This document shows, piece after piece, positions 9,290 through 18,006 of a stretch of 64,000 nucleotides of DNA (position 1 is its first letter; each line of letters opens with the position of its first letter). Position numbers and translations under genes: made by a program. Source of the DNA: Candidatus Omnitrophota bacterium (lineage in GTDB: Bacteria > Omnitrophota > Gorgyraeia > Tantalellales > Tantalellaceae); NCBI GenBank assembly GCA_014728075.1, contig WJMG01000075.1:4262-68261 (forward strand), given 5' to 3'. The notes beneath the pieces are model-generated. The model did no database searches, was not told where the DNA came from, and was given only the letters and a program-made list of their open reading frames with translations.

Positions 9290-10465
9290 CTATACTCTTT
9301 CGGTCAATTCTCCCTTCACCTTCTCCTTTATCTCATCAAGCCGTTCCTTGCGGGGAACATACTGGACCTTTAAACTCTCCATCATTTCGAACCCGCAGGA
9401 AGAAAGCACCTCGTTTATTCCGGGTATACTCTGGCCGCCCCATCCGTATGAACCGAATGCCATGGCTTTTCTGTTCCTGGGAGAAAGGCCTTTAAGATAT
9501 GTCAAGAAAGACCCCACCGTCGGCAGCATGCCGTTATTGAGGGTGGGTGAACCCACGCATATGTACCTGGAATCAAGAACATGGGTCATTATATCCGAAA
9601 TATGGCATGTCCTGAGGTTCTCTATCCTGGATACAATGCCTTTTTCCTCAAAAGCCTCCTGGAGGGAGTAAGCTATCTTTCCGGTAGAACCCCACATCGT
9701 GTCGTAGACAATGACCGCTTTATCGACGGATTCGTTAGCGGACCACTTGCCGTAAAGCTCCAGTATCTTATCGATGTTCCTGCGCCATATGAGACCGTGG
9801 CTCGGAGCTATCATGTCCACATCCAGGCCGGCGACCGCCTCAAGGGCTCTTTGGACCTGGTTTCCGTAAGGCAGTACTATGTTCGCGTAATATTTCGCGG
9901 CCTCGGACCTCACGATATCCCATCCTATCTCGTCGTCGAACCTTTCCTCCGAAGCTATATGCTGGCCGAAAGCGTCGTTAGGTATCAGAAGCCTGTCCCG
10001 GGGAACATAAGTGGCCATTGAATCGGGCCAGTGCACCATTTGTGTCAGAACAAAACTCAGGTCCCTTTTCCCTATATTTAGAGAATCCCCCGTGTTCACG
10101 ACCTTTATATCCCATCCGGAGGTATCGTAATGGAATTTCAGGCCTTTTTCCCCGTTAGGGGATGTGACAACGGTAGCCTCCGGGCAGATTTCCATTATCC
10201 GGGGCAGGGAACCCGAATGGTCCATTTCCACATGGTTACAGACCACATAATCGATCTTCGATGGGTCCGCTATTTTTTTGATCCTCTCGAGCATTTCATC
10301 GAAAAGGTAGTACTTGACGGTGTCTACGAGGACCAGTTTCTCATCCTTTATGAGATAGGAATTATAAGTGGATCCTCTCTGGGTAAGGTAGCCGTGGAAA
10401 TTCCTGAGGTCCCAGTCGATCCCCCCTACCCAGAAAATATCCTTTTTTATTTCAAGAGCTTTCAT
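9290..10465 (-). CDS. fprA: flavodiiron protein (FprA / rubredoxin:oxygen oxidoreductase family)
   Basis: 391 aa; metallo-beta-lactamase-like diiron domain (HVEMDHSG) followed by a flavodoxin-like domain. Confidence 0.9.
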   Translation of the reverse strand: MKALEIKKDIFWVGGIDWDLRNFHGYLTQRGSTYNSYLIKDEKLVLVDTVKYYLFDEMLERIKKIADPSKIDYVVCNHVEMDHSGSLPRIMEICPEATVVTSPNGEKGLKFHYDTSGWDIKVVNTGDSLNIGKRDLSFVLTQMVHWPDSMATYVPRDRLLIPNDAFGQHIASEERFDDEIGWDIVRSEAAKYYANIVLPYGNQVQRALEAVAGLDVDMIAPSHGLIWRRNIDKILELYGKWSANESVDKAVIVYDTMWGSTGKIAYSLQEAFEEKGIVSRIENLRTCHISDIMTHVLDSRYICVGSPTLNNGMLPTVGSFLTYLKGLSPRNRKAMAFGSYGWGGQSIPGINEVLSSCGFEMMESLKVQYVPRKERLDEIKEKVKGELTERV

Positions 10466-10484
10466 GGGTCCTTCTCCCTGACGC

Positions 10485-10994
10485 TCATTCCGCAGCAGGC
10501 GGACTGTACACTCTTTGAGACAGTTCCTTATCCAGCATCAGCAGGCCGTTCCCGTCTTTCCCGACGAGCTTGAACTTCTGGATAAGTTCGGTGGCGTTGG
10601 CCTCCTCTTCTACCTGCTCGGTCACGAACCATTGCAGGAATATCTCCGTCGCCCTGTCCTTCTCTTCAACGGCCTGTGAGACAAGGTCGTTTATGAGGGA
10701 GGTTACCAGCTTTTCATGCTCAAGCGTTTTTTCGAAAAGGTCCAGTGCCGAAGAAAAATCCTGAGGAGGTTCTTCTATGGCCTCAAGCAGGACCCTCCCT
10801 CCCCGCTGGGTAACATACCCGTACATCTTCTGGGCGTGGGAAAGCTCTTCCTGCACCTGCACATTGAACCAGTTGGCCACACCGTTAAGGCCCAGTTCCG
10901 TGGCGAAAGACGACATCCCCATATATAGGTACGCCGAATAAATTTCCCTGTTTATCTGATGATTGATACTTTTGACCATTTTATCGCTTATCAT
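10485..10994 (-). CDS. ftn: non-heme ferritin
   Basis: 169 aa ferritin-like domain (NHQINREIYSAYLY...QEELSHAQK). Confidence 0.9.
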   Translation of the reverse strand: MISDKMVKSINHQINREIYSAYLYMGMSSFATELGLNGVANWFNVQVQEELSHAQKMYGYVTQRGGRVLLEAIEEPPQDFSSALDLFEKTLEHEKLVTSLINDLVSQAVEEKDRATEIFLQWFVTEQVEEEANATELIQKFKLVGKDGNGLLMLDKELSQRVYSPPAAE

Positions 10995-11017
10995 ATCGGG
11001 CTCCCTGTCTTAATTCT

Positions 11018-11155
11018 CTAAACTGCCTCGAACTGATCTTTTCCCACTCCGCATTCGGGACAAGTCCAGTCATCGGGAAGGTCCGCAAAAGCCACATTAT
11101 CGTTTTCCGCCGGATCGTACACATACCCGCAAACAAGACATTTGTACTTTTCCAT
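11018..11155 (-). CDS. rub: rubredoxin
   Basis: 45-aa ORF absent from the supplied track (under 60 aa): [45 protein letters not shown], with canonical CxxCG...CPxCG knuckles. AAGGAGG Shine-Dalgarno 7 nt upstream. Confidence 0.85.
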   Translation of the reverse strand: MEKYKCLVCGYVYDPAENDNVAFADLPDDWTCPECGVGKDQFEAV

Positions 11156-11337
11156 TTTTCCTCCTTGGGATCCATATAGTATGTTGATAAATATAACACC
11201 GTATTGATATCATTATCTATCCTATACCAACGGCCCCTTATTTTCCACCATAATCTGTATTAATTAGCCCCGTATCCCCTCGTATTCCGAGAGCGGTACG
11301 GGGCTAATCGATCACCGTGAGCAGTTTCGCGTCTTGC

Positions 11338-11409
11338 TCAGGACATAATACTGCAGCCTTCTTTACAGTGCGACACCGGACGCAGCATGAACTTTTTCGT
11401 GAAATTCAT
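11338..11409 (-). CDS. candidate 23-aa small ORF / leader peptide (MNFTKKFMLRPVSHCKEGCSIMS)
   Basis: AAGGAGG Shine-Dalgarno 5 nt upstream of the ATG; sits between a sigma70-like promoter and a long hairpin upstream of rubredoxin. Confidence 0.25.
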   Translation of the reverse strand: MNFTKKFMLRPVSHCKEGCSIMS

Positions 11410-11444
11410 ATTCGCCTCCTTTTGTTTTATTGTCCTTTTACTTA

Positions 11445-11471
11445 ATGATACCATATTAGTATCTTTTGTCA
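11445..11471 (-). promoter_or_regulatory. sigma70-like promoter (TTGACA - 16 nt - TATCAT) reading towards the small ORF/rubredoxin/ferritin
   Basis: Consensus -35 hexamer and near-consensus -10 on the minus strand. Confidence 0.4.
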
Positions 11472-11482
11472 AGGGGAAAATA

Positions 11483-11674
11483 TCATATTTTTGACGGATT
11501 ACACAGGTTTTCTTTCTTGTGAGCGGCCCTTCCGCAGTTCTTGCAGTAATACCTGGACTCCCTCACAAGGTCCTTTATCCTCCCCAGGTCCCTATCCAGT
11601 ATTATCTGGCATATGTGGTTCTTCTCGTGGCAGGACCGTGACGATCTGCACGCGTGGACATATTTAATGGACAC
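11483..11674 (-). CDS. small Cys-rich protein (possible zinc-ribbon), function unknown
   Basis: 63 aa with six Cys including a CKNCG knuckle. Confidence 0.4.
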   Translation of the reverse strand: MSIKYVHACRSSRSCHEKNHICQIILDRDLGRIKDLVRESRYYCKNCGRAAHKKENLCNPSKI

Positions 11675-11800
11675 GGAAGCCTCCTTTGTTCCCGTTCTTA
11701 CCCCGGTCGCGGATATTTGCTTTTATGCTTCGACGCTTAGCTAAAGCTCCGTTGAGACGGTACCGTCAAATTGCGGGGCCTCATTAAAAATCAACGCTTC

Positions 11801-12007
11801 CTATCGGCAACCACACTTATTTTCTTCCCCTGCACCCAGTTTCCTTAGTATGGCCATAGCGGGGCACCAGTTAGTAAATGCGGATTGAAAAAGATTAATA
11901 CCCACAAAGGCCGTGAACCATAACCATCTCAAGTCTACATAATGAGCCAGCAAAATGCTAATAATAATAAAAAAACCCGCCATGCCCCTTAAAATTCTTT
12001 CGATCAT
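11801..12007 (-). CDS. DUF2892 (YgaP-like) inner-membrane protein
   Basis: 68 aa, two TM helices, conserved GINLFQSAFTNWCP motif of DUF2892. Confidence 0.7.
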   Translation of the reverse strand: MIERILRGMAGFFIIISILLAHYVDLRWLWFTAFVGINLFQSAFTNWCPAMAILRKLGAGEENKCGCR

Positions 12008-12098
12008 TGTTCGCCTCCTTCAACACACAAGTTGCAAGAAAAAGTATATCCTCCGGCTGAACCAACCACCCAGAAAAATACCTATTTCTTTTTCCTTA

Positions 12099-13391
12099 TC
12101 AAAAACTATATCTCAGCCTCGCGTAGACATTCTTGTTCTTCCTTACGCTTCCGAATTCCGTCCAGGAATCCCGCCCGAAAGGCAGGTTCGCGCCTACCGT
12201 CAGGTTCCAGGAATCCGTGGCGTCCCAGGAAAGCGAAGGCCTTATGTAGGCGTCCATATCGGACGGCGAGAAAAAAGCAAAGACCGTGGCTTTTACGGTC
12301 TGATTGGCGAAAAATTTTGTTATCCTGCTGGTCACTACATGCCTGAACTCGTCCCATCTGTAATCCATGGGCAGAAGAGCTTTCCTGTATTCCCCGTAGT
12401 CCAGGGTCTGTTCCAGGTAATACTGGAACCCTACCCTCAGGTCGTTCCCCAGGTCCTTTTCGTAACCAAGAAGATACTTCATCATTGAGTTCTGTATCGT
12501 CCTGATATCCCCGTCAGGGTCTTCCGGAGAATAGTAATAAGATACTTCGGCGCTACCTATCCCGCCCATTACCGGACCCCTCAAACTGCCGCCGTAAGCG
12601 TCCAGCCTCTGGTGGTATATCTGGTGACCGGCCTCGTTCTTATAACTCGAAGGGGACGGGTCGAAGCCCCTGTAATAATAAAGGGCCCACTCGTAACTTT
12701 TGATGTTCTTGTAAGCCCGGGCGGCGTACACGAAATTCTTAGGCGTTTCGGAGGGTTCTACCACATGAAGCTCCGAGCTTCTTCCGGCTATCCCTCCCTC
12801 GAAACTGTCGAAAAAACTCACCCTGTCCCCCGTAGGCACATCGTTGGGCTCAAAAAAAGGAATGAACGCGAAGTCAATATTGAACCATTCCGGGTAAACC
12901 ATGATCCGAAGCGCATCGTTAGGTTTTTTCAGGTATTCGTCATCCCGTCCGATAAAGAAAGAGACATAGTCTTTGGGGAACAGATCGTTCAGGAAAAGAT
13001 AGTCTCCCGTTCCCCAGGTAAGCACCTGCCGGCCCGCCCTGATATCCACTATATCCAGAGGAGTGAATACGGCGTTGAGCTCCCTCAGGTCCGTAAGCAC
13101 TTTTCCTCCGTAATAAAAGTCCAGCACGAAATCACATTTTGACTCAATGGCCGTCTGCCATTCCGCAAGGATATTATCACCCGAAAAGTAATAGTCGGCT
13201 CTGAGCTGAAGCCTGGCCTCGGCCATATTGTATTGACGGTGCTTAACATCGTCCGAACCGAACCCGGGCGCGAACGCCTCTTCCAGGAAACCGTGTATTT
13301 CCGGGAACTCAAACTCCTCCGCTTCCGCGTTGACCGTCAAAAAAACACAGACGATCATCAGAAATGCCATGGTAAAACCCGATCTTTTCAT
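12099..13391 (-). CDS. outer-membrane beta-barrel protein (signal peptide, C-terminal aromatic residue)
   Basis: 430 aa, cleavable signal peptide, alternating amphipathic strands, terminal ...RLRYSF. Clustered with LolA-like and MMPL genes. Confidence 0.55.
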   Translation of the reverse strand: MKRSGFTMAFLMIVCVFLTVNAEAEEFEFPEIHGFLEEAFAPGFGSDDVKHRQYNMAEARLQLRADYYFSGDNILAEWQTAIESKCDFVLDFYYGGKVLTDLRELNAVFTPLDIVDIRAGRQVLTWGTGDYLFLNDLFPKDYVSFFIGRDDEYLKKPNDALRIMVYPEWFNIDFAFIPFFEPNDVPTGDRVSFFDSFEGGIAGRSSELHVVEPSETPKNFVYAARAYKNIKSYEWALYYYRGFDPSPSSYKNEAGHQIYHQRLDAYGGSLRGPVMGGIGSAEVSYYYSPEDPDGDIRTIQNSMMKYLLGYEKDLGNDLRVGFQYYLEQTLDYGEYRKALLPMDYRWDEFRHVVTSRITKFFANQTVKATVFAFFSPSDMDAYIRPSLSWDATDSWNLTVGANLPFGRDSWTEFGSVRKNKNVYARLRYSF

Positions 13392-13485
13392 ATTTTCCCT
13401 CGTAAAAGCAGCGATTGTGAATTCATCAACGGTCTTGAGCCGGGATCCAAAAGCGTGAACCCCTGCACCCCTCCCGGCCCGTACT

Positions 13486-14268
13486 CTACCTGATATACCT
13501 CCTCGGAGGCCTTCTAAGATACCTTTCGGTAAAAATGTCCTCTTCCAGGCCTATATCGTAATCTATATCAGAGAACTCCGAAACTGTATTTCCTCCGGTA
13601 TTCAGGTCACTGGCCTTCATCTTGACCACCGTCGGATATCCTTCAATATCCTTTATTTCCAGCGCTTCTATCGTCTTGTAAAGTTTTCCCCTTTTATCAT
13701 ACAGCTCGGCCCTGACGGGTACGAAATTATCCTTATTTACCCATGTAACGAAATAAGAGAATTCTACCTCTCCCGGCTCCCTGGGGGTACTTCTTATCTT
13801 ATATTTTCCGTCTTCTTCTCCTTCCAGTTCGTGTGTATCCTCTTCCGGTCCTCTTCCGGATATCTCCTCGTACGCGAAATGAGACCCTACGAAACTCGAT
13901 CTTTTATCGCTCGCGGCCACACGCCTGACCAGGTCCAGCGCCGGCAGGTAAAGCCATCTGTCGTCATCCTCGCCGGGCTTCTTCCATACAAGATACGACA
14001 TCCCCTCGACATCGCTTGGACGGTGAAAATACACATAGAACCTCTGGGGACCGTTATCCTCGTGGTCATACCTCAATATGGTCATATACCTTTCCCTCGT
14101 CCTTCCCAGGGAATCTGTTATGACCATATTGACATCCGCCCTTCCGTCCTTGCCCTGATAGTACGAAGCTGCGCTGGCTTTCCGCACTATCTCATCCGCC
14201 GTGAGCGCGTACGCCGCTCCCGAAACAAAGAGCGCTAAAGTTATTGTTATCGCCGTTATTTTCCTCAT
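13486..14268 (-). CDS. LolA-like outer-membrane lipoprotein-sorting/carrier family protein
   Basis: 260 aa, signal peptide, sequence pattern of LolA_like proteins that accompany MMPL/RND exporters. Confidence 0.6.
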   Translation of the reverse strand: MRKITAITITLALFVSGAAYALTADEIVRKASAASYYQGKDGRADVNMVITDSLGRTRERYMTILRYDHEDNGPQRFYVYFHRPSDVEGMSYLVWKKPGEDDDRWLYLPALDLVRRVAASDKRSSFVGSHFAYEEISGRGPEEDTHELEGEEDGKYKIRSTPREPGEVEFSYFVTWVNKDNFVPVRAELYDKRGKLYKTIEALEIKDIEGYPTVVKMKASDLNTGGNTVSEFSDIDYDIGLEEDIFTERYLRRPPRRYIR

Positions 14269-14361
14269 CTCTCCTCCTTAGCATTATAGTTGCTCATAGC
14301 GCGCCGGGGACCGAGGGGCTTTCTGCCTCTTCACCCCGCGCCCCTGTACCCTGTACGCTGT

Positions 14362-16869
14362 TCACTCGCCGCTGACACATATCTTACGCTTTGAAACAAT
14401 ATTACACATTCCCGCCATAGCCCCTATTACCCCTATACTTATGACCGTGGTCGTCTTCCAGGAGGCAATGGAATATCCTCCAAGCACATAAGCTACACCC
14501 GAAGCCACTATTATACCGAAAATCACACAATAAGAACATCTGCAGGAAGGGTTTTTTCTCTCGTCGAATATCACCCCGGGCATAGCGGAGATCAAAGCGG
14601 GAAGGATGAACAAGGTTCCGATACTGGAAGCCACCATTATAAGGAACATGAAAACACCCACCGTTTTATACGGGACCAGGGGCGCCGCCAGAAGCGGAAG
14701 GAAACCTATCGATATTATAAGCGCGTTCCTCAGTATGGCGCGCGAAGGTTCCCGGAACATCTCCTTGGCCGTGCTTTCCCAGGAAGCCTTGCCGGCGTCT
14801 ATCTCGCGGGCTCTTTGCAGAAAATGTATCGCGAAATCTATCGACAACCCGAGAGTAAGGGCCGAAAGGACGGCTACGGGCATATCGTAGTTCTTTCCGG
14901 AATATCCCAGGAGACTGTAGATAAAGACTATGGTAACGGTAAGCGGTATCATGGAAACCAGGCCTCTTACCGGAGACCTGAAAAGAAAGACCATCATAAA
15001 AAGAACGATCAGGAAACTGCCCATGAAATTCCTCAGCATACCCACGACCATTCTGTCCTGCCAAACCACATTTATGTAAGTAAGTCCCGCCCATCCTTTT
15101 TTGATATCGAACGGCGGAGGATCATCCGAAATGTAGTCGGACACCTGGCGCTCCACCCTGCTCATGTCCACATTATCCCCTGAAGTAAGCTGGATCCAGA
15201 TATTGACCTTGGAATAATCGGGAGTAACAAAATGCCAGAGATCATCGGGCTTGTGAGAGTTCTGGAAAGAGATCAGGCTCTGGGCCACGGCCGGCTTTGT
15301 CGGAGGCACCACACTGTTCTTCCTGTCACCGCCCAGCAGCTCGTAATATATCTTTTTAGCGACATCCGCCAGAGAGGTGGATTTCCCCACGGCGCCTTCC
15401 TCGCCGAGGTATTCCTGCAGATCTTCGATGTATCTCAGCATGTCCGGTTCTTTAAAGACCTCCCCGTCACCGTCCGCGGCTTCCAGGACGAGATAAGCCA
15501 TATATGTCCCCCCGAAATGCTCGTTAAGGACTTCGTCGGCAACCCTTATTTCGTGGCCGGGGGTAAACCACTTGACCGGATTATCGTTTATGACTATTTT
15601 GGAGATCCCAAAGGCGGAAAAGCCCACAAGGAAGACGGTAACGGCAAGCACCACTTTCCATCTCCTAAGGGCCGTCCTTTCGGTGAATTTCAGAAAAGCG
15701 TTCATGGCCCCTTCTTCGTGGTGCTCCTCACGGGCGCCGAAACCTTTCAGGGACGAGGCTTTCGTTAAAGATACGGCAGCGGGTATAAAAGTCATCGTAA
15801 GAAGCCAGGCCAGCATCACACCGAAAGCGACAAAAACACCGAAGACCTGCACAGGGGGTATTTCGGCAAAGGCCAGCGAAAAGAACCCGGCGGTAGTGGT
15901 AAGCGAAGTGAAAAGCATGGGCATAAAAAGATCGTCTATGGTGTCCAGCACCGCCTTTTTCCTGTCCCCGGCCTGCCTGTATTTCTCATAGAACTCACTC
16001 AGGATATGGACAGAATCCAGAACGGCGATCGGCATGAGAAAAATAGGTATCATTGAACTCATTATGTGTACGGTAAAACCCAGGCCTATGAGCGTTCCCA
16101 TGGTCACGATAACGGTGATACCGGCAAGGAAAAGCGGCGACATCACCAGCCTGGGATTCTTAAAGAAAGCCAGCATCAGCAGGAATATTATCAGCATTGC
16201 CAGCGGCGCGGATATCGCCATCTGTTTGAACATCTCGAAACCGAAGGTATCTTCGGCTACCGGCAGTCCGGTTATATAATAATCCTCGCTCCCCGGATAT
16301 TCGGAAATGATCTGTTTTATCTCACCGGAAATGCGGTAACTCATGTCTTTTTTCTCTATCGGCACATACACGCTGAGCGCTTTGCCGTTCTCGGAAACCA
16401 GGGTCCCGTAAAAGAGCGGGTTCTCCATAGCTCTTTTTCTTATCTTGAGAGCCTCTTCCTTATCGTAAGGAGGCTGCCCCATAAGCCATTTGAACCTTAC
16501 AGCTCCCGGGCCGGCCTGCTCGATATCGTCTTTAGTGGAAAGGCTTATCAATTCGTGGGAGATAACCCCCTCTACGCCTTTTATCCTTTCCGTGATCTTA
16601 TATACTTTTTCGAGGGTCGATGGGTTGAATACGCCTTCCGGATGGTCCTCGTTGACCACCCCCAGCACTATGAGGTCATACAGGCCGAATTCCTCCTTAA
16701 CGCGGTGATGGAAAACCCTTGCCTCTTCGTTCCCGGGGAGCATGTTCTCGGGGTCAGTGTCCACTTTCATCTTAGGGAACTGGATAAGACTGACGAAGAC
16801 CAGGACCGCTATGATACCCATAACGACCTTAGGCCTGTCCACGGAGAATTTTATGATACGCCTGAACAT
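14362..16869 (-). CDS. RND-superfamily exporter, MMPL family (HpnN-like)
   Basis: 835 aa, 12 TM helices in two 6-TM bundles with two large periplasmic loops. Confidence 0.85.
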   Translation of the reverse strand: MFRRIIKFSVDRPKVVMGIIAVLVFVSLIQFPKMKVDTDPENMLPGNEEARVFHHRVKEEFGLYDLIVLGVVNEDHPEGVFNPSTLEKVYKITERIKGVEGVISHELISLSTKDDIEQAGPGAVRFKWLMGQPPYDKEEALKIRKRAMENPLFYGTLVSENGKALSVYVPIEKKDMSYRISGEIKQIISEYPGSEDYYITGLPVAEDTFGFEMFKQMAISAPLAMLIIFLLMLAFFKNPRLVMSPLFLAGITVIVTMGTLIGLGFTVHIMSSMIPIFLMPIAVLDSVHILSEFYEKYRQAGDRKKAVLDTIDDLFMPMLFTSLTTTAGFFSLAFAEIPPVQVFGVFVAFGVMLAWLLTMTFIPAAVSLTKASSLKGFGAREEHHEEGAMNAFLKFTERTALRRWKVVLAVTVFLVGFSAFGISKIVINDNPVKWFTPGHEIRVADEVLNEHFGGTYMAYLVLEAADGDGEVFKEPDMLRYIEDLQEYLGEEGAVGKSTSLADVAKKIYYELLGGDRKNSVVPPTKPAVAQSLISFQNSHKPDDLWHFVTPDYSKVNIWIQLTSGDNVDMSRVERQVSDYISDDPPPFDIKKGWAGLTYINVVWQDRMVVGMLRNFMGSFLIVLFMMVFLFRSPVRGLVSMIPLTVTIVFIYSLLGYSGKNYDMPVAVLSALTLGLSIDFAIHFLQRAREIDAGKASWESTAKEMFREPSRAILRNALIISIGFLPLLAAPLVPYKTVGVFMFLIMVASSIGTLFILPALISAMPGVIFDERKNPSCRCSYCVIFGIIVASGVAYVLGGYSIASWKTTTVISIGVIGAMAGMCNIVSKRKICVSGE

Positions 16870-16879
16870 ATGGTCTCCT

Positions 16880-17179
16880 TTACCCGTTACAGCACTTCCT
16901 TATACAGGTCATTAATTTTAATATCTCTTTTTTCTTTATGAAATAATACACCTCATTGGAGATCTTGTCCTTGCCGAGAACGCCTTTCCCGAACATCCTT
17001 GACAGATGCTGTGAGGTGATCGACTGCTTCAGGCCGAGCTCGTCCTGTATCTGACGGACATTCATGCTGCCTTTATTCTCAAGAAGCGATATTATCGCCA
17101 GCCTTACCGGATGCGCCACGGAACGCATGACCTCGGCGGCTTCCTCGAAAGGATATGCATTTTTATTGTTCTTCGCCAT
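16880..17179 (-). CDS. ArsR/SmtB family transcriptional regulator
   Basis: 99 aa; HTH (VAHPVRLAIISLLENKGSMNVRQIQDELGLKQSITSQHLSRM) and C-terminal Cys cluster. Confidence 0.85.
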   Translation of the reverse strand: MAKNNKNAYPFEEAAEVMRSVAHPVRLAIISLLENKGSMNVRQIQDELGLKQSITSQHLSRMFGKGVLGKDKISNEVYYFIKKKEILKLMTCIRKCCNG

Positions 17180-17473
17180 TGCCGCGCCCTCCCTTGAATT
17201 ACAATATTAGTGTATTCTAATTTTCTGTTTTTGTCAAGAGGTATTCCGTTCTCCGCGCCGTATCCGGCTGAGGCGCCTTCCTTCCTCCGCGCCGTATTTT
17301 TCCGGCCCGGGGACAAGCACACTGTTTACGGGCGCCCCAAAGCCCTCTTCCTGCGAAACCTTCTGAAAAAGGGCCTTTCAGACTGCGTCACTCTGATACT
17401 CCTTTCACACAGAGTTTACGGGAAGGCCTGCCTCTGCTCCGGCCTTCAGGCCCTGAAAAAAAACACATTGTTG

Positions 17474-17502
17474 TTGACAAGTATTTTTACTTGTTTTATA
17501 CT
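17474..17502 (+). promoter_or_regulatory. consensus sigma70 promoter TTGACA - 17 nt - TATACT
   Basis: Perfect -35 hexamer, 17-nt spacer and 5/6 -10 hexamer, upstream of two small plus-strand ORFs. Confidence 0.55.
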
Positions 17503-17546
17503 TGGTACATAAGGCACTAAAAACCGCTTTTTTTCAGAAAGGATGA

Positions 17547-17693
17547 CATGAAATACCTTACTGTTATCGAGGTTATCTGTGACGCCGCCGACGAAGAAGA
17601 AGCGTATCACACGGCGGGCGAGTTCCTTAAAGGGAGCGAGGATCTTGTTGTTTCTATGACCTGCAGGACGGCGCCTCTGCAGGTCAAATAAGC
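17547..17693 (+). CDS. hypothetical small acidic protein (48 aa)
   Basis: MKYLTVIEVICDAADEEEAYHTAGEFLKGSEDLVVSMTCRTAPLQVK; AAAGGA Shine-Dalgarno, not in the track (under 60 aa), downstream of a strong promoter. Confidence 0.3.
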
Positions 17694-17727
17694 CTATCGG
17701 TTGGTTTTAAAAATGAGGGGGCATCCG

Positions 17728-17919
17728 ATGATCAAGAAAAGATACATTCAGGCGTGTGAACTCGGGGGTTCGATCTACGGCAAAAGGTCAGCAGGGAAAA
17801 AGGTCAGCCCGCTTCACAACGAAAAGGTCAACAAGAAAGATGTAGCGGATATCTACAATAAATTCTACAAGAACCAGGTCACTGCCCTGTACAAAGCCAT
17901 TCACGGCAGGAATATATAG
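17728..17919 (+). CDS. hypothetical small basic protein (63 aa)
   Basis: GAGGGGG Shine-Dalgarno 7 nt upstream of ATG 17728; MIKKRYIQACELGGSIYGKRSAGKK...; ends just before a bidirectional terminator. Confidence 0.4.
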   Translation: MIKKRYIQACELGGSIYGKRSAGKKVSPLHNEKVNKKDVADIYNKFYKNQVTALYKAIHGRNI

Positions 17920-17925
17920 ACCCAA

Positions 17926-17965
17926 AAAAGGGCCCGGTAACGATAGTTCCCGGGCCCTTTTTTAC
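17926..17965. terminator. bidirectional rho-independent terminator (AAAAAAGGGCCCGG...CCGGGCCCTTTTTT)
   Basis: GC-rich 8-bp stem flanked by an A-run and a T-run; serves the small-ORF pair (+) and the convergent LTXXQ gene (-). Confidence 0.8.
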
Positions 17966-18006
17966 AGCTCAAACGCAATATAGAAACCTTTCCGGTTTTT
18001 ATATTT

